A DNA stretch of 64,000 bases from Christensenellaceae bacterium. GTDB lineage: Bacteria > Bacillota > Clostridia > Christensenellales > CAG-138. The position numbers and the translations under genes are program-made. Below the pieces are notes generated by a model that saw nothing but the letters and a program-made list of their open reading frames with translations, made no database searches and was not told the DNA's origin. The DNA lies in the NCBI GenBank assembly GCA_963675855.1, contig OY776633.1, forward strand, positions 172,318 to 236,317, read 5' to 3'. Positions 62,877 through 64,000 of this stretch are shown here, one piece after another (within the stretch, counting starts at the first letter, position 1; each line of letters opens with the position of its first letter).

Positions 62877-63983
62877 TCAGTCGTCCAGAAACCCCGTGTC
62901 GTCATGAATGTTTGCTTTTTTCTTCTCCGGTTTTTCCGCGGTCTTTACGCTGCGTTTCACAGGTTTTCTCTGCCCGGAAGGCGCGCTCCGTTCCGGCTTT
63001 GCCGCGCGCCGTGCGCGCGGCGCGTCCTGCACCGATGCCTGCGTCTTTATCTCCTGCTCCGCCGCCGACTTTGCCGCGGCGCGTTTCTTTGCTCGTTTTT
63101 CCTCACGGAGGCGTTCCTGCTCCGCCGCCGCCGCCGCTTCGGCATCGGCGCGTCTGCGCGCTTTGGCAGCCTGGATACGCGCGTGTTTCTGGGCCAGGCA
63201 CTTTTCCTCCTCCAGCACGCGCTTGGCGTCCGCCCGCGCTTTTCTGCGTGAAGACACCGCTTCGTCCCTTGCTTTTTTGCGGGCCAGCGCGATCGCGCGG
63301 CGGCGTTTGTGCCCGTCCGAGGAGAGCACGAGCGCGACGACGCTCAGGACGATGAGCGCGACGATCACCGCACCGGCGTAGATGCCGACGCGCGCGATGA
63401 TGTCGGCGAAGATCTGCTCGGGCAGCATGTTGATCATGCGGCTTTGCGTCCCGTCGAACAGCCACAGGTCGTTCCAGAAGAGCATCTGATGGAAAAACGT
63501 CCAGAAGTTCGAAAAGTCCAGCGCGGCCCACGTACCTAAAAAGCCGAAGATCAGCAAAAACACGAACGATCCGGAAAGATACCCCTGTGCAAGGTGCTGC
63601 GGCGCTTTGCGGAAATGGATGACCGCCGCAAACAAAAACAAAATGAGCATGACCAGCACGCCCACGTCGCGGTAGGAGGCGATGGACATGTAGATCTGGC
63701 GCACGTCCGCCATGTGTTCGGCTTCCTGCGGATAGTCGAACATCATCTTGCTTTCGCCGTCGATCGTAACCTCGACGTCGATATTATCCGCGTCGCCCTG
63801 CATGTAGGACACCAGCCGGTCGAACGACGTCACAAGGTCGGTATTGGATATGCCCATCTTCGAGCTGATGGCGAGTTTTGTAAATTCGTTGTTGATAAAC
63901 GTCTGGTCGTCCACCACGAGCCCGATCGAAGTGAACACCAAAATCAGGATCAGCAGTATTGAGGCGATACTCGCCATACTCAC
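62877..63983 (-). CDS. TIGR01906/DUF1461-like integral membrane protein with a ~150-aa K/R/A/E-rich C-terminal tail
   Basis: N-terminal TM segment, extracytoplasmic segment (FDYPQEAEHMADV), three further TM segments, FFHQMLFWNDLW motif. The frame is still open at the window edge, so the true start may be the GTG at 63983, the ATG at 63977, or beyond 64000. Confidence 0.65.
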   Translation of the reverse strand: MSMASIASILLILILVFTSIGLVVDDQTFINNEFTKLAISSKMGISNTDLVTSFDRLVSYMQGDADNIDVEVTIDGESKMMFDYPQEAEHMADVRQIYMSIASYRDVGVLVMLILFLFAAVIHFRKAPQHLAQGYLSGSFVFLLIFGFLGTWAALDFSNFWTFFHQMLFWNDLWLFDGTQSRMINMLPEQIFADIIARVGIYAGAVIVALIVLSVVALVLSSDGHKRRRAIALARKKARDEAVSSRRKARADAKRVLEEEKCLAQKHARIQAAKARRRADAEAAAAAEQERLREEKRAKKRAAAKSAAEQEIKTQASVQDAPRARRAAKPERSAPSGQRKPVKRSVKTAEKPEKKKANIHDDTGFLDD

Positions 63984-64000
63984 GGACAGGAATTTTCTCA

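Overview
This is a 64-kb chromosomal segment from a high-GC (by eye above 60% GC) Firmicutes/Clostridia-type genome. The taxonomic call is inferred from gene content and synteny: prmA-rsmE-mtaB, comEC-holA, GlpP, YitT, Lgt. I support about 60 protein-coding genes, one tRNA-Gly(CCC) upstream of tuf, and many hairpin/T-run terminators. I recognise no rRNA, CRISPR array, transposase or integrase. Most long ORFs antisense to recognisable genes are high-GC artefacts.

Housekeeping genes: tuf, typA, leuS, uvrB, holA, glpK, rsmA, tsaD, lgt.

Observations worth a second look:
1. An AT-rich ~2.1-kb island (about 52.86-55.01 kb). It holds what looks like a 5'-truncated toxin-like module with a clan-CD-like His/Cys domain, a membrane-anchored partner, and a second degenerate copy of the module.
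2. A cell-envelope locus (7.8-19.7 kb). It carries a duplicated pair (NAGPA/DUF2233 + LmbE-like exoprotein tethered by a central 2-TM hairpin, plus a CapA-like phosphoesterase) around an O-antigen-ligase-like protein, a GT14 glycosyltransferase and an LRR lipoprotein.
3. A ~71-bp tandem repeat (four units) that reiterates the last 11 codons and stop of the HIT gene plus a strong hairpin.
4. Two intergenic DnaA-box clusters, one between the convergent terminators downstream of tsaD and one between comEC and holA.
5. A second AT-rich single-gene insertion encoding a QueG/RdhA-like Fe-S protein.

All functional calls rest on my reading of the translated motifs. No database search was run.
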